From NCBI GenBank assembly GCA_951406725.2, contig OX597819.1, forward strand, positions 85,250,001 to 85,314,000: a stretch of 64,000 nt of DNA, in the 5' to 3' direction. The notes under the pieces are model-generated. The model was given only the letters and a program-made list of their open reading frames with translations. It was not told the DNA's origin and made no database searches. The DNA comes from Octopus vulgaris (taxonomy: Eukaryota). Position 1 is the first letter of the stretch. The number at the start of each line of letters is the position of its first letter. The position numbers and the translations under genes are program-made. This document shows, one piece after another, positions 23,109 through 37,394 of the stretch.

Positions 23109-23986
23109 CAGGGTAGGTGAAAAGTAACTAGGCTTTAGAAATTGCTTATAAAACTTTTAGTATCACTGAAGTCACGACGAAGACATTTTTTAAACAGACA
23201 ACACTAATAAGGATTTCTTATTTCTTTATCGTCTATTTCTTATTTTCCAGATGGCCGGTCGCTTGACTGTTCAGGAGTGAGCTAAGATAGCAGTACAGTA
23301 TGAAGTGTGGAATTCCATTGGTTTGGTTCAGAGATGGTGGCGTGCATGGAAAGGTAAGCATGCAACACTACAAGGACAATAAAAAGTGGTCATACAAAAC
23401 TGACGACCACGAGCTCTGTGAACGATGCAAAAAGAAGTGGTCGTCCAACCACATCCTGATCAACAGAGAACGTGGCATCAATGCAGGAAATGTTTAATCG
23501 TAGCCTGCAAAAATCAACATGTCAAGAAGCTTGTGAAAGTGGACTAACAAGACACACAATACGTACGGTGTTGCATAAAGAATTGAATTTTCGTTTGTAG
23601 AAATCCCATTACGTACAGAAGCTAAAACCTGAAGACGGTGACCGCAGAAGTCCAGAAATCCGAAACTCTAAGAAGTCCAGATTTCACTCCATGTGATTTT
23701 TACCTGTGGGGTTACACAAAAGAGGAGGCGTACAAGACAAAATCTCGCACGATGGAGGACTTGGAGACACGGATTAAGGAGGTTCTCAATATCCCAGACG
23801 AATGTTGTTCATTCCATCCCTGGTCGTTTGAGGAAACTGGTAGATGCCACCGGTGCTTAAGTTGAAATATGAAGATTTACTCTCATTTTCCCATGTAATA
23901 AAGAACACGTATCATTTGTTTCAATAAATATGTAAAAGGAATATGGATCTTATTACCAATTTTTAATGCCTACTTACTTTTCATCC

Positions 23987-23992
<6 letters not shown>
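23109..23992 (+). mobile_element. Internally deleted Tc1/mariner-superfamily element
   Basis: Imperfect TIRs CAGGGTAGGTGAAAAGTAACTAGGC and GCCTACTTACTTTTCATCCACCCT, TA flanks, C-terminal motif RSPDFTPCDFYLWGY. Confidence 0.85.
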
Positions 23993-24041
<49 letters not shown>

Positions 24042-25149
24042 ACATTTTAAAATTTAAATAACTTTTCGTATATACTCTGTGAATTTGAACAATGCTGCAC
24101 ATAGAACACGTAACCGGGGAACATGCAACTGCTCAAATATGTGCTATTAATCTCATGTCTCACAAGCAAGAAATGATTTTGTTTGATGTAATTCTACTTG
24201 ATTAGAGAGATGTTATACTAATTTCATTGATATACAAATCCAATACTAATCCAATGCTATACAAAGTATAAAATTGTTGACTGATGGAAATATATCAATT
24301 AAAGGAGCATGTTTCATCGTTATCTCAGAGTCTCAACGTGGATCGGGTCTGGATGATGTTCACAAACGTGGTTTTTAGCGCATGGCAGTTGCAAGAGTAG
24401 AGACTCCTTCTTAAGTGAATTTTTGTTGGTCTTAAAAAAACTTTTAACACGGTGAAAAGAAATGTCCAATGGTGAATCTAAGAAAAGCGTAGGAGCCTTA
24501 GGGTTACCCTCCTAAGTTTGTTATAATATTTGTGAAACTACGCACTACTATAAAGACGTTGCATCTATAATGCTCGCCTTATCGCATCTTTTCTATAATC
24601 ATTTAAGACATGGTCTCCTTATTGACGACACATCAAAATAGACGAGCAATTTTATCAGAAAAGTTTAAACTAAGAAAGAATAGGAGGAAGAAGAGCAGAG
24701 GTAAACAAATAATCTCTGAATTGTAAAAATTAAGGATTAATAGTTAATGATGGAAGTGATATCCTAGAGACAGCAACATAACACACTACATTCCAGACAC
24801 TCGAAACTCTTCCCCACTACCCCAAATTGCCTATCTACTTAATTCGCAAAAAATGATATCTAAAAAAGTTTAAGTTACGAAATTCCTACATTCTCTCGAT
24901 TTCCTGCAATTCTGACCGCCTTATAATCCCAGAAGACAAAATGGAAAAAGCATTGCCCCGAAGGCTGGTGCGGTTAGCCATCCCAGCCCTGCTAGTGGTG
25001 AGCAGGGGGACGAGTACGTCAGAGGTCTCCACTGTCAGACTGGACTATAAACCTGTCAGTTAGATATAATGTAACAACAGGAAAACTTTTTTTAGACAGA
25101 AGTTCTGAAAAGAACAAGCAGCCTCAGTACAGAAGCTCATCTCATCAAG

Positions 25150-25620
25150 TATCATATGCGATGAATTGATAATTTCAGGCTTCTAAAAGCAATTATGTTT
25201 TAGCGAATTAGTTTTCAGTAAGCATCCCCAGCGCAAATCAAACAAGAGTTCTCAGAATGCAAACAGTATCTCTTGATCATTAGAACTTAATTACGAACAT
25301 CTCCCACTGAAGAGAAGTGAATGACAGTTTGTTAATAGAAAGAGTAGCCTGTAACTTGAGAAAATTTGAATTGCCCATGAAATCGCAAAATGTAATGTTA
25401 GCAAACTGCAGGCTATTGAAGTTCTGTATAGCAAAGTGTCCAGAGGTGATCTCACGTTTACTGACCTTGATCGCATTACACCTAGTTTTATCATCCATGA
25501 AAAGACACGTCAAGAGATCACTAACATGATGCTCATATGCATACCGCTCCAGTAGCTCCATCTGAACACTCTGATGTTATGATTGTCCATAGATGTGGTC
25601 TTCCGCTAACCGAGCTGAAA
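25150..25620 (-). pseudogene. Degraded LINE (RTE-like) reverse transcriptase fragment
   Basis: ELLERYAY..VSDLLTCLF...SGHFAIQN...ITFCDFM resembles the RT segment between motifs A and B. Confidence 0.45.
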
Positions 25621-28222
25621 ATCGATTTTTAGATGAAAGTACAAGGGTTTAATTTAAAACAGACTCAACGTAAATCTCGAAGACGCCAGAATTTATGAGA
25701 GAAATTTTAATGTGACGTCGTAATCACTTATGATGTGTGTGCGTGTGTGCATGTATGTATGCATGTGTGTATATATACATATATATATATATGTGTGTGT
25801 GAGTACATATTTGCATGCGTTAGTGTGCTTGCATGTGCGTACGTATACCATCCTTCCATCCTTCCTTTCTTTATCGTGCCCTCTTTCTCCCACGTCCTGT
25901 AATTTGTCTCTCTTTCTCACTCCATTGTATCTACAATCTTTTTTACACCCCATCTGTTAATCTTCTCTCCGTTAATCTTCTCTCTGTTAATCTTCTCATT
26001 TGTTAATCTTCACCCTCTCTCTTTTTCCTCTTTAGTGTTACTTCTCTTTCCTGCCTCCCTACATTCTACTTTTGCACTAAAGTAAGCAAGAAAAGAAATT
26101 ATACATACATACGCACACACTCCATCCATCCATCCACCCATCCATCCATACATCCATCCATACAAACATACATACATACATACATACATACATACACACA
26201 CACATACATACATACATACTTTTCTGTCTCTCCCTATAAATACAATAAAGTTCATTATAGTCGATATTGATTCGTTAAGCTGCGGAAGAAACAGCAGCAG
26301 TTCTCAATACACTTTTTTATTAGAAGTGTGTAGAGTCTCGTCTGAAGCTTATCATATGTACGGCGAACAGAATCAGATGTAACAAGCATACGAGCATCCG
26401 CACACGCATACGCACGCACGTTAACACACTCCTACACACACACTCACACAAAGTCGATGGAGTTTATATGTATACTATTTCACCGAAGTTTCAACCAATG
26501 ATTTACAGCTATGCTCCAATTAGAGTGGGAATACGTGTGAATACTGTGTCCAATGACTTGTTTACGAAAAATAAATATCTACCGATTATCTCTAAGAGTA
26601 TTGGAAACAAACATCAATTTTTATCCAAAATTGTGTAAAAAGATCTGAACAATTTTTTGCTCGATGCTTGCTTGCTTCCTTCCTTCCCGATTAAACTTTA
26701 ATTCCTTCGCTTATGTCGTATCAAAATAATACACTTACAAACTGAAGCCACCATGTCTGTATGAGTATATTATCTTAGTAGATAAAGCTGGTTATCTCTT
26801 CGTGCATAACTTTCTAAATTGTATGGTTTTGTTTTATTGATCTTGATTTCGTTATTTAAATAATTCCATTTTTTACACTACACACACACACACACACACA
26901 TACACCCCCCCGCCCATATTATGCTTATGTGCCATATGAAAGTAGGTTGGAGGAACCCGGATCTACAAGACCAAAAACATGACAGTTTCAAATCAACTAA
27001 GGGAATCTGGCTTCAAAAACCAAAATCCTCGCCATAGAGGTGTCTGCGAGGATTTGTGGGCAAATTTACATTTGATCTCATGCAGCAGCACTTAGTTTCT
27101 GGGAGGAAGAGAACCAGAGGTCTGCAGGCAATGGCAGAAGCAAATGAGATTTCCAACTCGAATTTGTCAAGGAGGAGTGGAAGTGAATTTCAAAAGACAT
27201 AATTTATTCTACAGTCAACTGAGCATACTGCGGCGCTGCTATTGTGTGTAAACACATTTCTTAAGCTATATATGCTTTCACACATACATGCACACACACA
27301 TATGCAAATATGTATTGGTGTATACGCACACACATATGTATGTATATGTATATATATGTGAATACAAATATATGTTTGTATATATATATATATATAATGA
27401 AAATACTGTCGTGAAAGGAAGAGGTTGTTCTGTGACGTAAACAACAGCGATTAGCTTATTAGTGTTCGAATTCTTCTAGAACGTCGTAAGAATAAATATG
27501 AAAACCATTGTTTCAGATCTTGGTGTACACAGCGCAAAAATTATCTACACATACATAGATAAATACATATATAGATTAATAGATACATACATACATACAT
27601 ACATACATACATACATACATACATACATACACACACCTTCCACACACACACACATGCTTATTATATATGGCATAGTTGGTGTTTCAGTTTGTACGACTAG
27701 TGAATGAGTGTATTTAATTCGTTCACGACTCAATTATGTTATTGGGTACTTTCCGAACCACGATCAAGGAGAAATGGAAGTGAATTTCAAAAGGCATAAT
27801 TTATCCTACGGCCAACTATCGTCTCAAATAAATCGGTTTCAACACCGAGGTAGCTTGAATCTTGGTAATCTTAACCATCCAGAAGGGTCACAATGTGGAC
27901 AGAATGTGTCAGTTGTAGGGTATCCAAAAGTCCTGACCTGATTGCAGCCCGATCCTTTTAGAATGTGAAGAGTTAAAGGTCGAAAAACTAGCATGGAGTA
28001 GAGTTCTTCTTTGAAGACTTTCTGCTGTTTTGCTCTCCAGCGAGTTTTTATTACCTACTACTACACTTTTACTTTTTATATTTCTTTCAGCCTTCGGAAT
28101 CTGGCCATTCTGGGGCACTGCTATTGTATGTAAACATGTTTCTTAAGCTATGGAAGTCCTCACAGATATATATACAGATATGTATTGGTGGTGTATACAC
28201 ATACGCACAATATATATATATA

Positions 28223-28285
<63 letters not shown>

Positions 28286-30094
28286 TATATACATGTGTGT
28301 GTGTGCATATACAAATGCATGTTAGTGAAAATGCGCGTTTGTGTGAATGTATGTTCATGTATGTTTATGTTTATAAATACACATAAATATATGTGCATGG
28401 TTTGTGTGTCCGTGCAGAACAGTCTATGTGTGTGTGTCTGTGTGCCTGTGTGTCTGTGTGCCTGTGTGCCTGTGTGCCTGTGTGTATGTGTGTCTGTGTG
28501 TCTGTGTGCCTGTGTATCTGTACATTTGTGTGGAAATTTTATACATTATTTAACGCTAATGTATACAATAACAGTTATTTAGTGCACGGAAACAAATTTA
28601 TAAAAGTGACAGCTTTTTCTATTCAGAATAACAAACAATTTCCTATTACAGATGTTTTCAGCTTTGATGAAAAACCATAGAATTGGTTAAAGAAAATTAC
28701 TGTTCGAAATGCAATCTCTAGTAAGAACATATGACAGATGATGTCAAATAATAAAAAGCAAAAAAGATAAATTTGAATCAGCCGCATTTCATATAAACCC
28801 GCTAGGTAAGATAAGGTGAACAAATACATTTAGTTTTTAGTTATTATATATCGACTTTCGAATTACCTCCTCTAGATATTGTATTTTATGTCAATATCAT
28901 GGATATAGTTACAAATGTGTCAATATACTGCTTTTGTAGTAACATGCGTATGTTCCGTCGTAATATAATTCTATATCATTGTAATATACATCTACACAGC
29001 AGCAACTAAAGTCGCGTTTGATTCTGCCGGAACCTATTAAGAATGAATATATAAATCATCGCTTCAGATTTCATTGTTTTTGGTTGAGAAATGTAAGCAC
29101 TTATCAATAAACAGGCATGCTCATTGAAATTACAACGAAGTCAATGGCTTGTTTACGCTTAAAGATCCGGGTGCAGTTGACTGGCGAGACACATGTCGAA
29201 ACACTGGTGTCTCAGAATCCGTTGCGCCAGCAAATCGAGTGTGTTATAAGCACAATGTAAAAGGAAGAGGTTGTTCTATGACATACACAGCAGCGATTAG
29301 CATATTTATGTTTGGCTTCTTCCGGAACGTCTTGAAAATAAATGTGAGAACCATTGTTTCAGATCTCGGTGTACACAGTGCAAAACAGATTTACATACAT
29401 ACATAAAACATACATACATACATACATACATACATACACACACCCCACCCCAGATATGTTTATCAGATATGGTAGATTTGTTGTTTCAGTTTGTACGACT
29501 AGTGAATGACTGTATTTACTTCCATTATGTACGTTGTACTTTTAGTGTTCAATTCAATCTATATCTATCCATCGACTAAAATACACTTTTGGGTATCAAT
29601 GAACAATAAACTGCTTATATTTTACTTTAAATTTTCCGATTATCGTGTACTACTTGTTTTACTTTACTGAGATCCACCAAACTGTAATTCATCATCTCAA
29701 GACTATATTTTGGCTGCTTTTGTTGTACAGCTTCATCCGGTTCTGACGGATAGATTAGGCATATTAAATCATTTGTTATCTATGTATTTGCCCCATATAA
29801 ATATAATGATAACTACATTAACCTCAGGCGGCTGAAAGACAAAACCTAACTTAGGTAAAATTTGAACATTATGTCAACAAGGAGATTACCAGTTGCACAA
29901 ACCAGACCAGGGTTTGCGACTAAAGACTCATTAGTTTGTTGATACTTTATAGCTACAGTAAATTCTTTTCCTCTTCTGGACTACGATAATGCTTATTCTT
30001 TCAAGTTTGTTGCTTATTAAGTTTGGACATTTGTTGCATGAACATTTCTTTACGAGTTTAATTCAAACCAATTCCGTTGTTAATCACAAAAAAA

Positions 30095-30185
30095 TTTACC
30101 TGTTTCGTTTGGTGCTGCACTGTGGGATTGAACCCGAAACGACGTGGTTGCAAAGTGCGCTTCTTAACTACATAACCACACCCGT
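30095..30185 (-). mobile_element. tRNA-derived SINE head
   Basis: Minus strand GTGTGGTTATGTAGTTAAGAAGCGCACTTTGCAACCACGTCGTTTCGGGTTCAATCCCACAGTGCAGCACC; related to the head of 20752-21160. Confidence 0.65.
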
Positions 30186-30668
30186 TAGTGGATTTTTTTT
30201 ATTAATACATCAAGACAGAAAAGTTACATCTTTTCCGATAAAATTGCAAACCTAAGAATTATATCTAGAGATATCTCTCATTATTTGCCTAAAAATATAT
30301 AATCGAAAATGTATCCCCTAATGCTGTCGCAATCGATTTTACACGTTATAATCTATCTAATAATCTGATAGCCCTTGAGCAATTAAAATTCTGTTGTTTG
30401 AAAAAGATATATTTCTCAAACTTCGAATATAAATCTAAAATCAGATCTGTTTAAGTAATTCACCTCTAAATCCTAAATAGCTGAAAGATCTATTTGCTAT
30501 CGTTGATAAAGTAATTTTATTGCTTTTGAAGATAATCTTGTCTGGTCGAATTCCTATTGCCTTTTGCAAACTGAATTTCATTTCAGTAGACAATTAAATT
30601 TCTCAACTAAATAGATTGACTGCTTGCAGGTTTTACGAGCAAGAAACGGACTGCAGGTTTGTATACCC

Positions 30669-30724
<56 letters not shown>

Positions 30725-30726
<2 letters not shown>

Positions 30727-32070
30727 GTTTGTGTAACATAACAGTTAGCGTGAACTAGAGATCTCTAAACGATAACTGTTCTCTCCAAAGAATGTTTTTC
30801 TAAAACACAAGAACGCCGGTGATAGTTCAAGAGATATTCCTCTTAAAAAATTATGGCCGGACGAATTGTCTTCCTTCCCTTGATAGCTAGGTTTTCCAAC
30901 TTTAAAGTAAAAATTTCCGAAAATATGGACAACTCCCTACAGTTTCCGTCCTAGAGTTCAGGTAGCCTCCTGGCTCATGTGAGGATTATATATCTTTCTG
31001 TCATACACAATTTACATAATCTTGTTCCATCGCGATAAGGTCCACAAGTTTCCAGTAATTTTCACCTGATGTTAAAGGGCGTATGATCGTCCTTTAGGCG
31101 TCATACTTATGCTGCGAGTGTTATTGTGTTGCGTCTCTCCGGTCCGGGACACTGAAAAAAGATATGTGGTTATTCAGGCGAATTTTAAATTTGGATTCAG
31201 AAGATCCAACATAAATTTTAGTGTGTTCCTGTGTTGGCATTGATGTTACTGATATTTGTGCTGCTTCTGTTTTAGGTTACCTTTGCTTGATGCACTTTAG
31301 CCTCGGTGTTTCACTGGCCGTCCACTGGGCATTCATATCTAATTCTGCATGAACAACCTGCCTCATGGTTTAGGAGTGCTAAGTAATTTTTTTCTTAACA
31401 TTGTGTGCACAAATGAAAGAGATTCTTAAATTATGTCTATTAAAGATCTTTTCTATATTTGTGTCACCGCGTGAAATGCTTATCAACTATCCGAAGAAAA
31501 ATCTTACCTACGCATGTCCGGACGTTTAGGGAGAGCGGGGAGCGAACCATAAGGTCTTGCGGTGGCGCTTCCTTTTATGGTTACTCAATTCTGGTGTACA
31601 TACTATCTGGTCCTTGAATCCGCTGGCCGCTAGCGACTCATTGTAAGCGGGAGCCGCTGCGTCGATAATATATTTATTTGAAGATAAGATCGAGATCCGT
31701 TTACTGATACATTTCATTAGGTTTTTGAACACTATGGGTGGGTGACAGGAGGCTATATTAATGTAAAGGCGCTGAGCTGGCAGAAGCGTTAGCACGCCGG
31801 GTGAAATGCGTAGGCGTATTTCGTCTGTCGTTACGTTCCGAGTTCAAATTCCGCCGAGGTCGACCTTGCCTTTCATCCCTTCGGGGTCGATAAATTAAGT
31901 ACCAGTTACGAACTGGGGTCGATGTAATCGACTTAATCTGTCTGTCCGTCCTTGTTTGTCCCCTCTGTGTTTAGCCTCTTGTGGGTAGTAAAGAAATATA
32001 TATTAATGTATGATAGCCTATCATTCGGTTTGCTGTATGGTCTGTAGGTGCCACTATCTAAATCAAGCTT
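30725..32070 (-). mobile_element. Degraded Naiad-like PLE fragment interrupted by a SINE
   Basis: NIASCHPPIVFKNL..ISKRISILSS...AAAPAYNESLAASGF...RKTLWF aligns to the SNHPP...WFNP region of the 711-aa ORF; the left boundary at (TA)n is approximate. Confidence 0.7.
31766..31998 (+). mobile_element. Full-length tRNA-derived SINE (Nin-type domain) with 12-bp TSD
   Basis: GGCGCTGAGCTGGCAGAA...GAGTTCAAATTCCGCCGAGGTCGAC...GGGGTCGATAAATTAAGTACCAG; TATATTAATGTA duplicated at 31754-31765 and 31999-32010. Confidence 0.9.
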
Positions 32071-32705
32071 TATATTTGAGGAATATATAGATTATGAATG
32101 ACACTAAAATTGCTCCGTATATATAAAAAAGCGGAAAATCTAAAATGTCAGTTTGATAACACTTTAAGAATCTAACCATGATATTTATATTTTTATCATT
32201 GAAATGTATTTTTCAAAGATGGAATATTAGACTTAATTTCTCTGAATCTAACTTGCAATATTTTCAGATACTTTCGAAACATTTAAAGTAAGCGAAATTT
32301 AATCATACGGTAAAAACTCAATTCAGATTATTACGTAAACAATGAGATCGATTATTTTGGTTTTGCACTCTAATAAATATCATTATCTGAAGTAGGTACG
32401 TAATTCTATGCTAGCACTCATGCGAGAACTTCAATTATACTTTTAATAGAGTATAGCGTATATAATCCTTTTAAAATTGGAGCAGATCGCTTTTCAAATT
32501 ATGTATTCAATATATTTACATGATGTTGCAAGTGGTGCGTTGAAGATAGCATCTTCAAGATAAGGGTTAAGAGTATTATTTAATAACGTACTATGTTTTT
32601 ATCATTCTAAACTCACTAGCGCATCGGAGGCGATGGAAGTTTTGATATTTATTATATCGCTTCATGTAACTACGTAGTTGCTTGAAACTGAAAGAAGCCC
32701 GCCGT

Positions 32706-32823
<118 letters not shown>

Positions 32824-32969
32824 TTATCTCAACATCAGTGAATGTATTTCACTTAAAATATATATGTTTTCAAAGGCGAATAAGTATCAACAGTTACCAA
32901 CCCACTGTTTTTTGGGAGGAGTCTAGCCGAAGTTTTGAGCGAAGCGCCATTTTTTATTGGAAGTGAATA

Positions 32970-34100
32970 ATGGAAGAATAGAAGAGTTACACAGAAGCTA
33001 CTTGAGGTCGAGATGCCATAGACCCACGTGTGCTGAAGCCGGAGATGATGGAGTGGAAGGAAGAGAAGATAACTAAATATTGTGAGATTGTAAAGAAAAA
33101 AGGGTCATAAAAATGACCCAGCCAGAGGAGGAAAGGAGAAAAATGGAAAGCAAGACGGTAATATTCAGAACATTTTCGAATGAAAATAAAATAGAATACG
33201 CACCGCAGAAAGAGATAAAGGAAATGTTGGAGGTAAACATGGGAGAAAAGATAACTTTCTTTACAAGACGAAGAAGATATGGAACTATAGTAGTAAGCTT
33301 TCTTTCAGATGAGGAGGCGAAAAAATCCGGCAACATGATGTTAACGGGAGTAAAATGGACGTTGATGCCGAACTGTTGGGACAAAAGAATTGTCAGGGAC
33401 AGGGTGGGAAGAATCCCACCGTCGATAGACCCAGAATGAGTAATAGCCGCAACGTTTAATTCAGAGCTGAGGAAGAATGGAGAAGATTTAAGGATTGGCA
33501 TAGTAAGCAGAACACAATTGAATTGGAGGGGCTATGGTATTGATATAATCTGTGCAGTAAGCCCAAAATATTACTATGAAATGGCGAAATTGTGAAATTA
33601 CCAAACGGTGAAAAACGTGAAGTAATGTTGGAGGGGAGACCTCCAAAATGTTACGGATGTAGTGAAAGAGGGCACCCGAGAAGGAAATGCCCTAGAGAAG
33701 CAGTGGAAATGGTGGAAGAAAGTGCTCAGGAAGATATAGTGGTGGAAATAAAGCAGAAACAAAAAAATAGAATATGATGGGAATTTTGCGGAGGTAAAAC
33801 CCAGGAAACGAGAGAGAAGAAAGTCACCAACGACAGTGGACTTGAAGAAGAGTAAAGGAATGGAAGACGAAACCCAACTCACGACGAGAAACGGAGAAAA
33901 TTTACCAGCGGTAGTACCAGCAAAGGAATTAAAGGTACAGAGTCATTCAGACCAGAAACAAAACAACCCAGAATTACGGAAACCTAAAAATAAAAGCAAA
34001 GACACTCAGACGAAACACGTAGAGTTACAGTCAAACGAACACACAGGCACACAAATACACAAACACACAGACTTAGAGACGAAAATGTAAGAACACACAA
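32970..34100 (+). pseudogene. Disrupted gag-like ORF1 with CCHC zinc knuckle (non-LTR retrotransposon ORF1-like)
   Basis: EGRPPKCYGCSERGHPRRKCP at about 33630-33695; upstream RRM-like segment; purine-rich sense strand; stops and frameshifts; no ORF2 seen. Confidence 0.65.
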
Positions 34101-35165
34101 AACAGCAGGAAAATAGGAACAAAAAGAGACAACATGAAAAAACACAAACAAAAAGAAAATTATAGTGAGATGGGACACCCCAACGTAAAAGATTGCATAG
34201 TGAAAGACATTGTGAGAGACAGAAAGAGGTAAGTCGATATATATTCTGTAAAGACTGTAATTGAGAAAAATATTTATTTGAACTTTTAAGGAAGAAAAGA
34301 AAAAACAAGGACATTTTGAAATTGATAACAGTTCGTTGACAACTTTGAGAGTTATAACGAAACATAGTCGCTGCGATCCTTCGTTTCTATCAAATAAACA
34401 TGTTTTTCATTCAGCAACTCTTTTTTACAACTAAAATAATCTCGGCAACTACGCGGGTCGCACAATTTTGAGGTCATTTTCGGACAATATTTCAATTTGC
34501 TTGTAATGATTCACTTTCGTCCGATGTTTCACGCATGCGTAGAATTCTACTCGGACAAGCATTTATGAAAATGTATACATAAATATTGTTTTAAAATAAG
34601 CCACAACCAAAACATTTGCATTAAAAGACATCCATTTCTCTACATGTTATGAGGAAATACAGTCACACTCTCTCTCTCACGCACAAAAAGATGTATTCAT
34701 ACGTATTTATGGGCGAAGGTAAAGAATATGCACACCCAGTGGTTAGGGTTAGAGTTATGCCGAAAACGGGTGGTGTAGGTATTCTTTACCTCCGCCTACT
34801 TATGTACCTGTATATGAAAGATAATGTGTGTATGAGAAAGAGAGAGAGAGAGAGAGAGAGAGCAATTGAGTGACACTTACACATACATGCAAAAAATTCA
34901 TAACACACACCATCACTCACTCACTCACTCTCTCACACACATACACACGTCCATTTCATATACACGTACATCTTTCACTTTCTCCTCTCACTTTAAAGCA
35001 AATGTCGCTTTTTCACTTCACTTTATCCTCTCTTTCAATTTCTGCTCTCTTCAAAGCATAAAGAAATTAAAATAATTTTACGGAAATTAATGATCCCATA
35101 TATGTCGAGTTGACAATTTTGCTTCTTCAAGCGAAAGAATGCCATAAAATAACTTCCTTTGTCAC

Positions 35166-35243
<78 letters not shown>

Positions 35244-36422
35244 ACGCACACACATACACTCTAGGTAAAACGTCTGTATGAATTATGTTCTTTCTTGCAC
35301 TGTACACCAGAAAATTTAAAGCTCAAATCCAATTGAAATCATCTTTTTCTATTGTGTAATTTGTGTTTGTGATGAGCGTATTTAAAAACCTGATCTTCGA
35401 CATAAACTCAAAAGAAAGTTTACCCAGAAATCCTGTCCTTTACCTCTTCTTTCTAGCATTCCAGAGGTAACACTTCCGCTCCCTCGCCTTATTTTATTCC
35501 TAAATTTCTTACTATTCCTATGTTTGCGATACAGGACATTAGGATTTCACCCTCAGACAATATTTTAATTTTCTCCCTCTCCGCACCAAATTTATTTTTT
35601 ACTTTTATCAAATATTTTTCTTGATATGGATAAAAACCCCCCAAAAAACAAACAGAGTACGAATACTTAAGAATTTTACCACTTTTAAAAAGCTACACAC
35701 TTCCAATGTTTTACTTTTAGCCTTTTGGAAAGCAGGGAAGTTTCTTCAGAAATAATGTCGTTTACCTGTTTTTTCTAGCATGTCGAGTTTTCTAATGATG
35801 ATCTGGTATTTTTTAAGTTTGCTATTTCAGTACAATTCTAAGTATGCGGGAAACATCAGACAAGAGTGAAAGCGAGTAGGCGATGGGTGAGCGAGGTGGA
35901 GGAAGGAGCATTGAGTATTTCTTTAAGAAAAATTTAACTACAAAAAATATATGTATTTCCCGGATTCGTAATCTTTGAATTTTTCTACGTAGATAACAAA
36001 AAAAAAAAAAACAAAAAGAAAAATTTACAAATTAAACTACGGTGAGGATGGGGCGGGGGTGGGGATTAAAATTTTGAAAACGTGATTTCTGAACAAAATC
36101 GTATTAACCTTCTTTTATACGATGAAACAATACATAGTCTGTGATCCTTCTTAAGAACAGAAAGCATTTTCATGCAAACCTATGCAAATTGTACTCTACC
36201 TTCACTTTTAAAGAAACAATAACTTCCATTATGCCATTAACTATATAGCAGTGGTGCCGATTCTGCCCATAAGAAAGGAGCAAAGTTCAAATCAGGCAGA
36301 CTACGATTAACACAATACATATACGGGTTTAGTTAAAATAAAATAAGGATCTTCCGAACTGAACATATATTGATATATTAGATATAAAAATATATGAATA
36401 CTAAAAATATACATGGACAAAG

Positions 36423-36473
<51 letters not shown>

Positions 36474-36475
<2 letters not shown>

Positions 36476-36660
36476 TTAATCCAAACAAGAAAACACAGAA
36501 AAAAAGAGAAAAAAACACAGCAACGCAGGACGTGGAACAATTAAAGTATTATTGACGCTCAGGAAAGAAGGGAAGGAGGGTTTAACGTTTCGAGCGGAGC
36601 TCTTCGTCGGAAACAAGGAGAAGGAAAGATCCCAAGGAGGGAAGACAGAGGAGAAAATAT
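36474..36660 (-). mobile_element. Short PLE-terminus-like repeat (family A) with hammerhead-like motif, ending at (TA)n
   Basis: Minus strand GTTT-CCGACGA-A-GAGC-TCC-GCTC-GAAA-CGTT-AAAC (36580-36614), then ...TTTGGATTAACC-(TA)n; homologous copies at 60457-60569, 61075-61207 and 62128-62260. Confidence 0.7.
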
Positions 36661-36686
36661 TTGAGCTGGTGGTGCTTAAGAGATCT

Positions 36687-36762
<76 letters not shown>

Positions 36763-36869
36763 CATAGTAATAATAGAATATAGATAAAAATAATAGTGGA
36801 ATATAGATACAAAACGTTTTTAAAAAGATTTAAATATGGTATAGTAATAGGCATTTAAAGAGTTTGAGG

Positions 36870-37110
36870 TTACATGTTAGAAAAATGCTCTCAGGAATTA
36901 TATCAAAAATAAAACGATCATCTAATCAACACGTGCTCTCCGATAAAATGGGCATCATTTACTCAATGCCTTGTGATACCTACGATAAACTTACTTTGAA
37001 TGAATTAAATACCAACTGTAAACATGCAAAGGATACCGCACTTGAGGATATTAATAAGATACACTATAAACTCATCTCAAATTTGAACCTACAAGACAGG
37101 AATGAACCAT
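36870..37110 (+). pseudogene. LINE RT N-terminal fragment (I/Nimb/Jockey-like)
   Basis: LTLNELNTNCKHAKDTALEDINKIHYKLISNL resembles the EL..AL...K.TAPG.D.I.Y..IK.L motif. Confidence 0.45.
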
Positions 37111-37394
37111 ACGTACTAAGAACTCTGAAACTAAATACCTTCTTAATTTCAACTTTCTCCTTAATACCAAACCAGTCTCGTTGAGTTGATCTATCATCAA
37201 AAGCAATCCAATTGTGATCAAGCCACCTTTCTCAAAGAGGTCTAAGTGTGTCTGTGAAAGCGCGTTAGCGTATGACTAAGTTATTTGACATTCGACTTCT
37301 GGGCGGCGTGGTATATTGTCCCAAATCCACCTAGTTAAAAATGAACTACATCTACTGCAGAATGGATCTTAGCCAACTATTAGCTTCAAATATT

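Noticed and set aside
30925-30970. Hammerhead-like remnant on the minus strand (CTGAACT...GGAAACTGTAG)
   Set aside because: The core and stems are too degraded.
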